From NCBI GenBank assembly GCA_050298595.1, contig JBNKUM010000008.1, forward strand, positions 1 to 64,000: a stretch of 64,000 bases of DNA, given 5' to 3'. Origin of the DNA: Gammaproteobacteria bacterium (GTDB lineage Bacteria; Pseudomonadota; Gammaproteobacteria; GCA-001735895). The notes under the pieces were generated by a model that saw only the letters and a list, made by a program, of their open reading frames with translations, was not told where the DNA came from and made no database searches. Positions 29,369 to 39,852 of this stretch are shown here, piece by piece (position 1 is the first letter of the stretch; every line of letters begins with the position of its first letter). The position numbers and the translations under genes are program-made.

Positions 29369-30344
29369 CTATGTTTTAGTCATAGCTGGCTTGATGCTGA
29401 TACTGTCCGGTTGCAGTTCACAGCCGCGGGCGGTGATAGCCAGCAATAGCCAATTTATGTTGGTGCAGGCCCGTCAGAATGATAGCTATCAGGCCATTGC
29501 TGCCAGCTACCTTGGCAGCCGCGCTGATGCCTCGATTATTCAGCGCTATAATCCGAGACTGACCTTATCGGCCGGTGCGGTCATCGCTATCCCCCGAGGT
29601 AACCCAAATCCCAGCGGGGTATACAGCAACGGCTATCAAATGGTACCGATCTTGTGCTATCACCAGTTTACCAGACAAGCCCATGACAGCAATTCCATGG
29701 TGGTAACAGTGCAGCATTTTCGCCAGCAAATGACCTATCTCAAAGAATCGGGCTATAAAGTGATTCCCCTGACCGACATTAGTTTATTTTTAGCCGGTAA
29801 AAAACCGTTACCAGACAAATCTGTGGTGTTGACTGTAGACGATGGACATAAAAGCTTTATGACCGTGGCGTACCCGATACTAAAAAAGTACGGATTTCCG
29901 GCGACGCTGTTTGTTTATCCGGATTTTATTGGCGCAGGAATTGCCCTGAATTGGGATGATGTTAAAAAGCTGGATGACGATCCACTGATCAGTATTCAAT
30001 CCCATTCTAAAACCCATGGCAGCATGGCAAGAAAGCCAACCGGTGAAACGATGTCCCAGTACCTGGCCAGACTAAAAACGGAAGTGCAGACCACGGACCA
30101 GATTTTTATCCGAAGATTAGGCCATGGCGCGAAGATTTTTGCCTATCCCTATGGTAATTCAAGTCCACAGGCCATTGTGCTACTGGAGAAAAATCATTAT
30201 CAGCTAGGGTTAACGGTTAACAAAGGCAGCGTAGCAACCTTTTCTCCGCCTTTTTTGCTTCATCGCACTATGATTTATGGGGCCGATAGTCTGGCCATAT
30301 TCAAACGTCAGTTACGCATCTTTACCAAGGCTGATTTGCGATGA
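29361..30344 (+). CDS. Lipoprotein: LysM-like domain plus NodB-type polysaccharide deacetylase
   Basis: Lipobox LSGC, PILCYH, TVDDG, HSKTH, FAYPYG. Confidence 0.88.
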   Translation: MTNYVLVIAGLMLILSGCSSQPRAVIASNSQFMLVQARQNDSYQAIAASYLGSRADASIIQRYNPRLTLSAGAVIAIPRGNPNPSGVYSNGYQMVPILCYHQFTRQAHDSNSMVVTVQHFRQQMTYLKESGYKVIPLTDISLFLAGKKPLPDKSVVLTVDDGHKSFMTVAYPILKKYGFPATLFVYPDFIGAGIALNWDDVKKLDDDPLISIQSHSKTHGSMARKPTGETMSQYLARLKTEVQTTDQIFIRRLGHGAKIFAYPYGNSSPQAIVLLEKNHYQLGLTVNKGSVATFSPPFLLHRTMIYGADSLAIFKRQLRIFTKADLR

Positions 30345-31234
30345 TTAAGGGGGGGGCTTTAAGTCTGCTAGGGTTACTGTTATTGGGGTGTCAAAGCATG
30401 CTTGCTGATCCGCAAAGCAGCCTGGCACAGCGTCGTCACATTGCTTTGCAACTGGAGCAACAAAAGCATCTGGCTGAGGCTTTGACTCAGTGGAAAATTA
30501 TTGCCCTGGCTGCACCGGATGAACAGACTGACCAGCATATCAGCCAGCTTGAAAAAACCATCCAGCACCAGCTGGTATCGCTGCATCGCCAGGCCAGAGC
30601 AACTGGGTTGACTGACTACCAGAAACAACAGATTAACTTAAAAATTCTGGCCCTTGATCCGGCAGATAAAACTGCCTTTATTGCGATGCAGGATGTCAGA
30701 GTTGAGCGGGCGGAAGATGCGGCGAACCAAAAGGTCGCCAATATCAATCGCGCCTATATGGACAATCAGCATAAGGCCGATTTGGCTATTCAGGACAGTC
30801 ATTTTAGCCAACAAGCTAGCGACAAGTTAGCTAAGCAGGATTACCAGTCGGTGCTGGATTTGGCTCAGCAGTGGCTGCAACTGCAGCCGGACAATAAAGA
30901 TGCCAAACAATATTATTTTACTGCACTGCAGCAGTTAGGTCAGCGTTCAGTGCAACAACATAAACTTGAACAGGGACTGACCTATTGGCAACGGGCGGAA
31001 GGGATTGATTTGGCAGATAAAAATCAGTTGAGTGGTCAGTTGATGAAGCTTAAACAGCAATTGTCCAATCAGTATTATGCCGAGGCAATGGCGGTGCTGC
31101 GATCCAATATCGACCAGTCGGTGCAGCTGCTACAGCGCAGTATCAGCTTTAATCCCGCCAATCAGCGAGCTGCTGCACAACTGCATAAAGCCCGTATTAT
31201 GCAGCAAAACTTTCACCATATCAGCAGTCAGTAA
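30341..31234 (+). CDS. TPR-like lipoprotein
   Basis: Lipobox LLGC, helical repeats ending in DP/NP, ATGA overlap with the upstream gene. Confidence 0.75.
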   Translation: MIKGGALSLLGLLLLGCQSMLADPQSSLAQRRHIALQLEQQKHLAEALTQWKIIALAAPDEQTDQHISQLEKTIQHQLVSLHRQARATGLTDYQKQQINLKILALDPADKTAFIAMQDVRVERAEDAANQKVANINRAYMDNQHKADLAIQDSHFSQQASDKLAKQDYQSVLDLAQQWLQLQPDNKDAKQYYFTALQQLGQRSVQQHKLEQGLTYWQRAEGIDLADKNQLSGQLMKLKQQLSNQYYAEAMAVLRSNIDQSVQLLQRSISFNPANQRAAAQLHKARIMQQNFHHISSQ

Positions 31235-31240
31235 TCGCCT

Positions 31241-32374
31241 TTATTGTTTGATTTTCTGTAGTTTGGCTTTTAATTCTAATGCCTGTTCCCGATACAGTTT
31301 GGCGCTGGAAAAATCTGGATCAATTTCCAGTACCTTATCCCATTTGGTAATGGCAATATCCAATTGCTGGCGACGAAATGCTGATGAGGCCTCGCGGTGA
31401 TATTTATCCGCTAACTGTTTCTGTAATTGGCGATAATCTCTACCAATTTCTTCATCTTTTGGTGCCAGTTGCTGAGCTTTTTTAAGATGTACAAAGGCGC
31501 TCATATCCTGATTGTTCTGTAACTCCAGTGCGGCTACCTGCGCATAGTCGGCGGCGGCCCGAGCTGGCAGTTTGGCGTGTTGTTGATTAGCGTCACCCAG
31601 TAGTGCAGTGATGGCTGGCTGACGGGATTCCTCGGTTAGCTCACCAAACCCCTGAAGTGCATTTAAGTCACTCATGGCGGCAGCATAGTCGCCTTTTTTA
31701 TTATGGTTGGTGATACTGGCGATTAATTCATCCGGTGTGGCTTGCATGTCAGCAGGAGCATTGGGTGTTTCCTGCAAGATTGCTTGCGGTGTCGGTTTAA
31801 TTGTCTGCTTGATCGCTACCGCCGGTTGGGAGGGACCTGGTTGCGAGTCGGCTGCCTGCTTGTTAGCCAGCAGGTTTTGGCGGACGTTACTGGCCTGTTT
31901 GGTATGTGGAATCTTAATGGTTTGGCCAATATTGACCCGGCTGGGGTCATCAATGCCATTATATTTGGCTAGTGCATAAAATTTAAGGGTGGAGCCCAGA
32001 TACTGGTGAGCCAATGTAGACAAACTTTGTCCTGATGTCAGTTGAACATCGAAGGACTGTTCGGGGAAATAGAGGTTGCCAGGCGTATTGATTTGCCGCA
32101 ACAAGTCTTCAGCACTGCTGCTCTGCGGAATGGCTTTCAGATAAGCATGTAATTCAGCCCTGGCTTCGCTGGCTTTACCGGTTGCCAGAAATTGTAATGC
32201 TTTGGCAAAGCGCTGGCGCGGGGTTAAACCGGGCTGTACCTGGTATTGACTGGCCGCAGCGTTGGATTTGTCGACGGTGGTGGAGGGCTTGGGCGTCATT
32301 TTACAGCCCAAAAGCAAACTAATCATTATGGCTGGCAACACAAGCCTGATAATGCTATCCCTGATGTTGTTCAT
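31241..32374 (-). CDS. LysM and TPR domain lipoprotein
   Basis: Lipobox LLGC, LysM (GQSLSTLAHQYLG...YNGIDDPSRVNIGQTIKIP), C-terminal TPR (WDKVLEIDPD). Confidence 0.85.
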   Translation of the reverse strand: MNNIRDSIIRLVLPAIMISLLLGCKMTPKPSTTVDKSNAAASQYQVQPGLTPRQRFAKALQFLATGKASEARAELHAYLKAIPQSSSAEDLLRQINTPGNLYFPEQSFDVQLTSGQSLSTLAHQYLGSTLKFYALAKYNGIDDPSRVNIGQTIKIPHTKQASNVRQNLLANKQAADSQPGPSQPAVAIKQTIKPTPQAILQETPNAPADMQATPDELIASITNHNKKGDYAAAMSDLNALQGFGELTEESRQPAITALLGDANQQHAKLPARAAADYAQVAALELQNNQDMSAFVHLKKAQQLAPKDEEIGRDYRQLQKQLADKYHREASSAFRRQQLDIAITKWDKVLEIDPDFSSAKLYREQALELKAKLQKIKQ

Positions 32375-33031
32375 ATTCCGCCTCTACCCTTGTAGTCTTA
32401 CAGAGTGTCTGTGGTTTACATCGTTATTATTGTCATGACGTTGCCATTGGTACAGGACAATCGATTATCGTAGCATAACCTGTTCAAAATAGTGGCACAA
32501 TGGACAACATGTTGAATGAATTAATGTAATATCTGTCTTTCAGCACAGTATTGCACCAGGCCATATTGAGCGCTGATAAGTAGATTGACCATCACGCTGC
32601 AAGTCCTGGTGGCTATCATTGACCACCCGGTTTATGGCATCATGCCAGCACCTGTTGAATGTTTGTCTGCAGTTTTACTATCACTGTTGAGTTTAGGAAT
32701 CAGTATCCCCCATGGCCAGCAAAAAATCCCGAGGTAAACGTCCCTCCGTCGCTAAAAAAGTATAGTAAGAATAAACGCGACATCCTATTTATGATGCTTG
32801 CGCTTGTTGAAAGGCAAGCAGTAAACCTAAGCTCATGAAAACTGAAGATACAACTGCTAAGAAACTCATATTAAACCCAAAACTAAAAAGTTGATTCATA
32901 TCGAAACATTATGCGTAGCAAGAATGCAAGTATGCGGGCAATATTGGAGATATATTTTTTATTAGTTTTACACTAACTTATTTTTCATTAAGTATAATAT
33001 TTCCTGTAGGAAAATATCAAGTTCAGTAAAA

Positions 33032-33223
33032 TTAACTGTACGAGAAAATCTTGCTAATTTCCACATAGCGGACATTAGTGATTCTGGCTGGTTTGGCTGC
33101 TATTAACCCTGAGTTGACATTTAGGATTAACAAAAAGAAGGTGGATACCTTGGGAAAAACTGTCTCAAAATCAGTTTGACACTTTTTACCTTCCGATGTT
33201 CGTAAGTTGAGAAGAGTTCTCAT
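33032..33223 (-). CDS. Small hypothetical ORF, possibly part of a degraded gene
   Basis: Strong RBS ggaggt; lies at the end of a chain of abutting ORFs. Confidence 0.3.
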   Translation of the reverse strand: MRTLLNLRTSEGKKCQTDFETVFPKVSTFFLLILNVNSGLIAAKPARITNVRYVEISKIFSYS

Positions 33224-33273
33224 GTACCTCCGCCCCCTTTAACTTCCGCTTTAACTTCCGCTTTATCTTCCAT

Positions 33274-33846
33274 TTAACTGTCCGAGTTGACGCGATTGTT
33301 ATAAAACACATCCTTTATATTTCTCTCAATTGAAACTAAATAACCACCCAAACCTACGAGCAAAACCAACCAGACTGCATACATTCCCCATTCAGCTGGA
33401 TTAGCAGTACTATTGTATAAATGATTGGCTATCGGAATAGCCGATGCTAAGAATATAAAATTTGTAACCCATAACCTGTTTAAATTCATAAACTCTTTAG
33501 GGCATGTTGATAGGTATCTGTCCCATACTTTTTCACCATCTTCCGTAGTATCTTGTTCATTCAGGAACATCCTAATTCTCTTGACGGCAAATTCTCCGCC
33601 AAGAATATAAAAGTCAAATAATACAGCGACCAAAGGCGCTATGTACAAAAGACCGAAGATAAAGAAAATACCATCATCTGATTCTAAGTTTAAAAGTGTT
33701 GCTGCCACACTAAACAAGCCAATGACAAATGTGAATTTTAGCCTAACATAGGATGCTCGGCGATCCTGTTGCTTTAGCTTCTCTTCGCGCAAGTGAGCTA
33801 TAAACTCAGAGCAAGCCCTTTTTTCTTCTTTTTCTTCGGTATCCAT
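33274..33846 (-). CDS. Uncharacterised four-TM membrane protein
   Basis: Four hydrophobic segments; ATG directly follows the U32 stop codon. Confidence 0.75.
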   Translation of the reverse strand: MDTEEKEEKRACSEFIAHLREEKLKQQDRRASYVRLKFTFVIGLFSVAATLLNLESDDGIFFIFGLLYIAPLVAVLFDFYILGGEFAVKRIRMFLNEQDTTEDGEKVWDRYLSTCPKEFMNLNRLWVTNFIFLASAIPIANHLYNSTANPAEWGMYAVWLVLLVGLGGYLVSIERNIKDVFYNNRVNSDS

Positions 33847-34815
33847 TCAAGTCACCTCATTACTTAATAGAAAACTTGTTTTAGAATCATATCTATCAGG
33901 CACAACCGATTTAGAGTGTTTGAAATTTTCGACAATACATCTCATGTCTCCATTATATTGAGAAGAAAGATATGACTGGACACTTTGGAATATTAGCTCC
34001 GTTTCAAATGATCGACCAACTATTTTAAAAATCGGATCGAATTGGAGGTATTTCTCAATATTTCGTGGGCTTATATAATTTGTTTTTCCTATCCCTCTGT
34101 TATTCATGTGTGACCGACATGGTTGACCTAGATACCTATCCTTCTCCGAGTCAGTAATAAAATCCCGAATAGCGGACTCGATGCTATAGTTTTGAGCGTC
34201 TAGTTGATCATTCCTTCTATGGGGGCAATATTTTATACAGCCTTCATTGATCATTATTTTTAATTTAACTGACTTATACTTATCTATTAATTTGTTAATA
34301 CTGATAATTTTTGGAACATCATGATTTAAATCCGGCGGCAAAAGGAATATCGTCACCCCCATATCCACCAGTTCTTCTACATCAACTAACGAATCGATAT
34401 CTATGTATACTGAGTTTTGAATGTCAACTTCAACTGGCCAAAGCGTTTTAGCCTGCCTAAGAAGCTCTTTACTTCCTACCGTTACTGAGTTTATGCCATG
34501 CCTCAGTAAACCAGAGACATAATCAACCATAGTATCTGTTGCTAACCCATGAAAATTCATCAATAAATTGGTTTTAATACCTAAATTTCTAGCATCACTA
34601 ATCAGATTTATAATTTCTTGATCATATCTGACATGATCAAAAACGTAATCATCTCCATTTTTCACTATATAATCTTTTATCTTTGGTCTCCGCCCTGAAC
34701 CCATAACGTGGGGGTTCCCGGCGAAATATATTTCCTCAACATGTTCACTTAAGCCAGATAAAACTAGCTTACTGATGAAGTTCTTGTCTCCATTGTATGG
34801 AATAGAAAATTTCAT
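33847..34815 (-). CDS. U32 peptidase-family-like (probable Fe-S) protein
   Basis: EEIYFAG...GSGR, NEGCIKYCPH, a later Cys, FKIVGRS. Confidence 0.7.
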   Translation of the reverse strand: MKFSIPYNGDKNFISKLVLSGLSEHVEEIYFAGNPHVMGSGRRPKIKDYIVKNGDDYVFDHVRYDQEIINLISDARNLGIKTNLLMNFHGLATDTMVDYVSGLLRHGINSVTVGSKELLRQAKTLWPVEVDIQNSVYIDIDSLVDVEELVDMGVTIFLLPPDLNHDVPKIISINKLIDKYKSVKLKIMINEGCIKYCPHRRNDQLDAQNYSIESAIRDFITDSEKDRYLGQPCRSHMNNRGIGKTNYISPRNIEKYLQFDPIFKIVGRSFETELIFQSVQSYLSSQYNGDMRCIVENFKHSKSVVPDRYDSKTSFLLSNEVT

Positions 34816-34916
34816 AGTGTTTTATAACAGCTTGATTATGTTACACGCACGAATATTGTGATATGCCGAATTATGTTCTCATTCATAGATAAAATAAACA
34901 ATGACCGCTCATGGCA

Positions 34917-35086
34917 CAGGCTGTGTGAAAACTCGCTTCAATTTGATGACACCAAAAACATTTCCCACTACGGGGTAATTTTTCAGGATTATTTAGAACT
35001 CAATTACCACAAATCACAAAAAATTAATCCTATATAAGCCCGCATATTCCACTTGAAAAATTGGAAAATAGTTTTCACACAGCCTG
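34917..35086. mobile_element. 170-bp MITE with IS1182-like ends
   Basis: Perfect 17-bp TIR caggctgtgtgaaaact / agttttcacacagcctg; no ORF. Confidence 0.8.
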
Positions 35087-35145
35087 GGTACCAACTTGCC
35101 TATTGCGCCGCACAATGCAATGACAGCTTTACCAACCCAGTTTTT

Positions 35146-35207
35146 TAAAAAGCTGAGCGACGATAGGAGCGGAGCTTTTTCGGTCAACTGGATGCTACTT
35201 TTAAAAA
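35146..35207 (-). other. Truncated attC-like site
   Basis: Minus strand ttttaaaagtagcatccagttgaccgaaaaagctccgctcctatcgtcgctcagcttttt directly after a stop codon; distal arm lost. Confidence 0.45.
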
Positions 35208-35211
35208 GGTC

Positions 35212-35415
35212 CTATCTTTTGATCACAAAAGGTAGGGCGATAAAAACACCCCCTATAATGACAAGGATGAACTCATTTGAGATGAAATAAGGAAATAGCA
35301 TTAAGTCTATTCCGCTTAATAAAGGAATGATGGCCTTTTGCTTTTTCCCATAAATAAAGTACCCAAGTCCTATTGATCCAAATAATACTGCCCACATTAA
35401 TGTTGACGTATTCAT
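35212..35415 (-). CDS. Small membrane protein (67 aa), cassette-like
   Basis: MNTSTLMWAVLFGSIGLGYFIYGKKQ...FPYF, located between two attC-like sites. Confidence 0.75.
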   Translation of the reverse strand: MNTSTLMWAVLFGSIGLGYFIYGKKQKAIIPLLSGIDLMLFPYFISNEFILVIIGGVFIALPFVIKR

Positions 35416-35430
35416 TAATAATTTTTCTTC

Positions 35431-35539
35431 ACATAACGCAGCAAGCAACTGAGGGGGGGGGGTAATTGGTTGCTTTTTTGCGTCTTTTTACAAAAAATAA
35501 GACAGTTTACGGAGGTTAGATTAACTGGCTTTATTAGAA
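35431..35539 (-). other. Degenerate long attC site
   Basis: Ends ...gttgcttgctgcGTTATGT 15 nt before the ATG; internal ttttttgtaaaaagacgcaaaaaa hairpin. Confidence 0.6.
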
Positions 35540-35739
35540 CACTTTTTCAGACGATACTATACCGCCAGGCATAGCTTTCCTCCATTTTTTAACTTTTGAC
35601 TTTGTAAAGCATACATACTGCCCTTTGATTGTAAGTTAATGTGTTAGAACATGAGCAATTCCTATCGTATTTTTCACAGGATTTTCACAAGCCCCGTTCA
35701 GACTTTTGGTAAGAGTTAAATTCAGACGGGAGAAGTTGT

Positions 35740-36081
35740 ATGAAGAGGATCATGCTAATTTTAGTAATCATGCTATTGACTTCAACTAGTGTTGCTGCAG
35801 AAGCGGGGGATATGTACGCTGAAGCCGACCGGGAAATGATTGAACTGCTGGCATTGAACCACGACCAGGCGTTAGCTTATTTAGCGATAATTGAAAAGCA
35901 ACGGGAGTTGTTTCTAGCACTTAAAGCGAGAGAGTGGCAACAGGAACTTGCGTTTTATCAGCAAACATTCGCACTGTTAAAGCCGGTATTGACCCGAAAG
36001 CAGTATGTTCAATTTGTTGGAATTATTAATAGTGTTATCGAGGATACCAACGATAACGAATTATTGGTTATGGGGGATTAA
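35740..36081 (+). CDS. Hypothetical exported protein
   Basis: RBS gggag, signal peptide, helical 113-aa product. Confidence 0.7.
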   Translation: MKRIMLILVIMLLTSTSVAAEAGDMYAEADREMIELLALNHDQALAYLAIIEKQRELFLALKAREWQQELAFYQQTFALLKPVLTRKQYVQFVGIINSVIEDTNDNELLVMGD

Positions 36082-36495
36082 CATAATTAACTGGGGGCAA
36101 TCCTTAGCCGGTTCCGGTTAATTACAAATTAAATACAATAACCCACCAATTGATCGTAAGAGCGTTTCCAGAACAACAATGGCCCGAGTCACCCAGGTAT
36201 CAGAAGCAAGGGACTTAGGGGTCAGTTCTCGCATTGAAACAATCTTTAAAAGGGACTGAGATACATAAGAACTCCTCTCAACTTAAGGATATCGCCTATA
36301 CAAAGCTATGTCCGCTTTATTAAAACCATCACTTGTAGGAAATGAATCAACTTTGTATTGCCATAGCCGCAAATGGTACACCTGAAACCTTCACTCATTA
36401 ACCCGGAACGACCGCCTCCAGGAAGGAGCCTGCTACATTCTGACCTTCAATGAGTACTATCGACCCGAATTAGCATCCAGGAAAACGGTCATTTT

Positions 36496-37125
36496 TCAGG
36501 CGTCGTTGAAAGCTTCCACAGTGTACTTCCTGTAAAGCTCAATGACCTTATGTACATAGATCTCAGTTTCGTCAAAAGGCGGGATCTTGTTTCCGTATTT
36601 TAGTACTGCTTTTTCACCCGCATTGTAACTGGCGAGGGCCAGTTGCAGGTCGTTATCAAAACGCACTAGCAAATCCTTAAGATACCGGGTACCACCGGAA
36701 AGATTATCAACTGGGTCATACCGATTCGCGACACCGTAGCGCCTGGCCGTATCTGGCATCAACTGCATCAATCCGACTGCGCCTGAGCTCGACACAGCGG
36801 TCGGATCATAGGCTGATTCAGTGGAGATGACCGCATGAACCAGGCTTTCGGGTAAACCCTGGCTGCGTGCAGCCTCCGCGATCATTAAGGCGAATCGCTG
36901 GCGGTTTTTTTTCATATTTTGATAATCGACTTTCGGCTCACGCCACCCCTTGCGTGATGGTAAAAACAACCGGTAGCCAGAGTGTGGAGGTTTATTAGTC
37001 AGATGAACAAGGCCTTTGTTGTCGACAAACTTATAAATATCGGCATAGGTAGCAGGTGAAGCGGCAGCTGTGCATAAAATCAGAAAAACAACAGCGGGCA
37101 GGACAGATAAACGAGAAGTGCACAT
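36496..37125 (-). CDS. Lytic transglycosylase (SLT domain) with DUF4124-like N-terminus
   Basis: IYKFVDNKGLVHLTN, AVISTES, GAVGLMQLMP, ASYNAGE, IPPFDET. Confidence 0.9.
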   Translation of the reverse strand: MCTSRLSVLPAVVFLILCTAAASPATYADIYKFVDNKGLVHLTNKPPHSGYRLFLPSRKGWREPKVDYQNMKKNRQRFALMIAEAARSQGLPESLVHAVISTESAYDPTAVSSSGAVGLMQLMPDTARRYGVANRYDPVDNLSGGTRYLKDLLVRFDNDLQLALASYNAGEKAVLKYGNKIPPFDETEIYVHKVIELYRKYTVEAFNDA

Positions 37126-37228
37126 GCTGGGATTATAATTAAAAATGGCTCTGTAGCAAAACCAAGAGCAAGAGTTAATATTGACACCCATACATATTCC
37201 AGCATCAACCAGGCGATATATTTTTCAA

Positions 37229-37574
37229 CCTAGAATTCGCAGTTAGACGAGTTGTAGTGAGTTTGAGGTGGTGTAGATCAAGGAGTTACAGGGCTTCCGC
37301 GTCCTGCTCTCGCCCCTTACCTATATCCCTATAGGCAACGCAGAGATACGTCGCCGCAAACGTGCAATTCAGCTCATAGCGGGATTCACCTGTTGGGTTT
37401 TCAGCATGGATGCCGTTATTACGCGAATGCATGGACGCCTACATGGACGTAGGTGGTAGGGCGAAGCAGGAAGCCAGAGCCGATGCATAGGAGCGTGAAA
37501 ATACAAACTGACTAAGATCGTTAACGAAACTGAAGGTTACCCACTAATACGAGCGGTCAACTGCGGAATCCAGG
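37229..37574. mobile_element. 346-bp MITE with IS1380-like ends
   Basis: TIR cctagaattcgcagtt / aactgcggaatccagg, 5-bp TSD TTCAA (37224-37228 and 37575-37579); the right part resembles 20820-20925. Confidence 0.8.
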
Positions 37575-37668
37575 TTCAATAGCACCCAGAATGATTATCT
37601 CACCGCTATTCCTGGCGAAGTGTAAGTAGCAACTGCCCGGGGCGCCCCCCTTGTCTTTACTACAATGG

Positions 37669-39852
37669 CTACTCACCCTCGTAACTGAATATTAGGGCAG
37701 CCAACGGCGGCAAGGTCAGATTCAGGGAGTATGGATGCTCCATCCAGGGTATGGCCTCGGTCTCAAGCAGGGTGGCTCCGTTGCCCAGACTACTGCCTCC
37801 GTAACATTCTGAGTCGGAATTCATGATTTCCCGATAGCGTCCCACGAGCGGAACACCGATACGGTAGTTTTCACGCGGTACCGGCGTCAGGTTACATACC
37901 ACCACTACAATCTCTTCGCCATCACCCTTACGCAGAAAACTCAGGATGGATTGCTGGGCATCGTTGCAGTCTATCCATTCGAAGCCCTGCCAATTGAACT
38001 CGTAGCGGAACAGGGCTGGAGTTTTGCGGTAAAGGTGGCAGAGATCCCGAGTCAACCGTTGTATGCCCTGGTGCAAAGGGTACTCCAGCACATACCAGTC
38101 AAGTTCCCCGGCACTGTTCCACTCGGTACCCTGGCCAAACTCCGTGCCCATGAAGAGCAGCTTCTTGCCAGGATGGGTAAACTGGTAGGTGTAGAGGGTG
38201 CGCAGATTGGCATGCTGCTGCCATTCATCTCCCGGCATTTTATTTAGCATCGACTGTTTGCCATGGACAACTTCATCGTGTGAGAAGGGTAACAGAAAGT
38301 TTTCCGTGAAAGCGTAGAGCATGCTGAATGTGAGCATATTGTGGTGGTACTGACGATGGATAGGTTCGCGGCTCATGAATTGCAGCGTGTCATTCATCCA
38401 GCCCATGTTCCACTTCAGGTCGAAGCCCAGGCCGCCGAGATAGGTTGGTCGGCTGACCTGCGGAAAGGAGGTGGATTCCTCCGCGATCATCAGGGTTCCG
38501 GGACAGTGTTCGTGTACCGCGACATTGAGCTCGCGCAGAAAGTCGATGGCCTCAATGTTTTCCCTGCCGCCATACTGGTTCGGGATCCACTCTCCCTCTT
38601 TGCGTGAGTAGTCGAGGTAGAGCATGGAGGCGACCGCATCCACCCGCAGGCCATCGACGTGCATATCATTCAACCAGAAGAGCGCACTCGAAATGAGGAA
38701 GGCTTTTACTTCATTGCGGCCGAAATTGTAGATCAGTGTCGACCAGTCCAGATGTTCACCCAGGCGAGGGTCTTCGTGCTCATAGAGAGGTGTGCCATCG
38801 AACCAGGCCAGGCCATGGGCGTCCTTGGGAAAATGCGCCGGCACCCAGTCGAGCAAAACGCCGATATTGTTTTGATGGCAGTGGTCGATAAAGTAGCGAA
38901 AATCGTCCGGGCTGCCGAAGCGGCTTGTGGGTGCGAAGTAACCGGTAGTCTGGTAGCCCCAGGAGAGGTCGAATGGGTGCTCGGTGATTGGCAGCAGTTC
39001 AATATGAGTAAATCCCATTTCCTTGACATAATCGACCATTTGTCGGGCGAGTTCGCGGTAGTTCAGGAACTCCCCTTCCATGTCACGCCGCCAGGAGCTG
39101 AAGTGAACCTCGTAGATCGACATGGGGCTGTGTTGCCAGTCCGCGCGGACTCGCGATGCCATCCAGTCGCTATCTCCCCATTGGTAGGTGCTATGTGCAG
39201 TAATGATCGAGGCCGTGTCTGGACGCAATTCAAATTGACGGCCGTAAGGATCGGCCTTGAGGAAAATCTCGCCGCTGTGACGATTGCGGATTTCGAATTT
39301 ATAGAGCCAGCCCGGCTCGAGATCCGGAATGAACAGTTCCCAGACGCCACCACCGGAGTGCACCCTCATGGGATGGCGGCGACCGTCCCATGAATTAAAG
39401 TTACCGACTACGCTGACCCGCTCCGCGTTGGGCGCCCATAGTGCAAAGAGGATACCGGCCACACCATCCACCTCATGCTCGTGGGCTCCGAGGAAACGAT
39501 AGGCATGGCGATGACGCCCCTCGTTGAAGAGGTGCAAATCAAAATCGGAGATCTGCATCTCATAGCTATAGGGGTCGTGATTAATGTGCTCTCGGTGCTC
39601 CTTATCCCGCCATATCAGCCGGTAATGAGGCGGCAGCATCTCGTTGTCGCCCTGCCACAGAAAAAAATCGCTGCCGGTCAGACGTTCTAGCTGGATATCG
39701 CCTTCGGCGATACTGACCTCCAGCGCCTGGGGATTAAAAACACGTATCAGGGTCTGTCCATCATTGGTATGAGGTCCAAGCACAGCGAATGGATCGTGAT
39801 GGCAGGCATCTCGGATCCGTAGCAATTCATTGTCGAGTATCAAGCTGTCCAT
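37669..39852 (-). CDS. glgB: 1,4-alpha-glucan branching enzyme
   Basis: [42 protein letters not shown]. Confidence 0.96.
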   Translation of the reverse strand: MDSLILDNELLRIRDACHHDPFAVLGPHTNDGQTLIRVFNPQALEVSIAEGDIQLERLTGSDFFLWQGDNEMLPPHYRLIWRDKEHREHINHDPYSYEMQISDFDLHLFNEGRHRHAYRFLGAHEHEVDGVAGILFALWAPNAERVSVVGNFNSWDGRRHPMRVHSGGGVWELFIPDLEPGWLYKFEIRNRHSGEIFLKADPYGRQFELRPDTASIITAHSTYQWGDSDWMASRVRADWQHSPMSIYEVHFSSWRRDMEGEFLNYRELARQMVDYVKEMGFTHIELLPITEHPFDLSWGYQTTGYFAPTSRFGSPDDFRYFIDHCHQNNIGVLLDWVPAHFPKDAHGLAWFDGTPLYEHEDPRLGEHLDWSTLIYNFGRNEVKAFLISSALFWLNDMHVDGLRVDAVASMLYLDYSRKEGEWIPNQYGGRENIEAIDFLRELNVAVHEHCPGTLMIAEESTSFPQVSRPTYLGGLGFDLKWNMGWMNDTLQFMSREPIHRQYHHNMLTFSMLYAFTENFLLPFSHDEVVHGKQSMLNKMPGDEWQQHANLRTLYTYQFTHPGKKLLFMGTEFGQGTEWNSAGELDWYVLEYPLHQGIQRLTRDLCHLYRKTPALFRYEFNWQGFEWIDCNDAQQSILSFLRKGDGEEIVVVVCNLTPVPRENYRIGVPLVGRYREIMNSDSECYGGSSLGNGATLLETEAIPWMEHPYSLNLTLPPLAALIFSYEGE

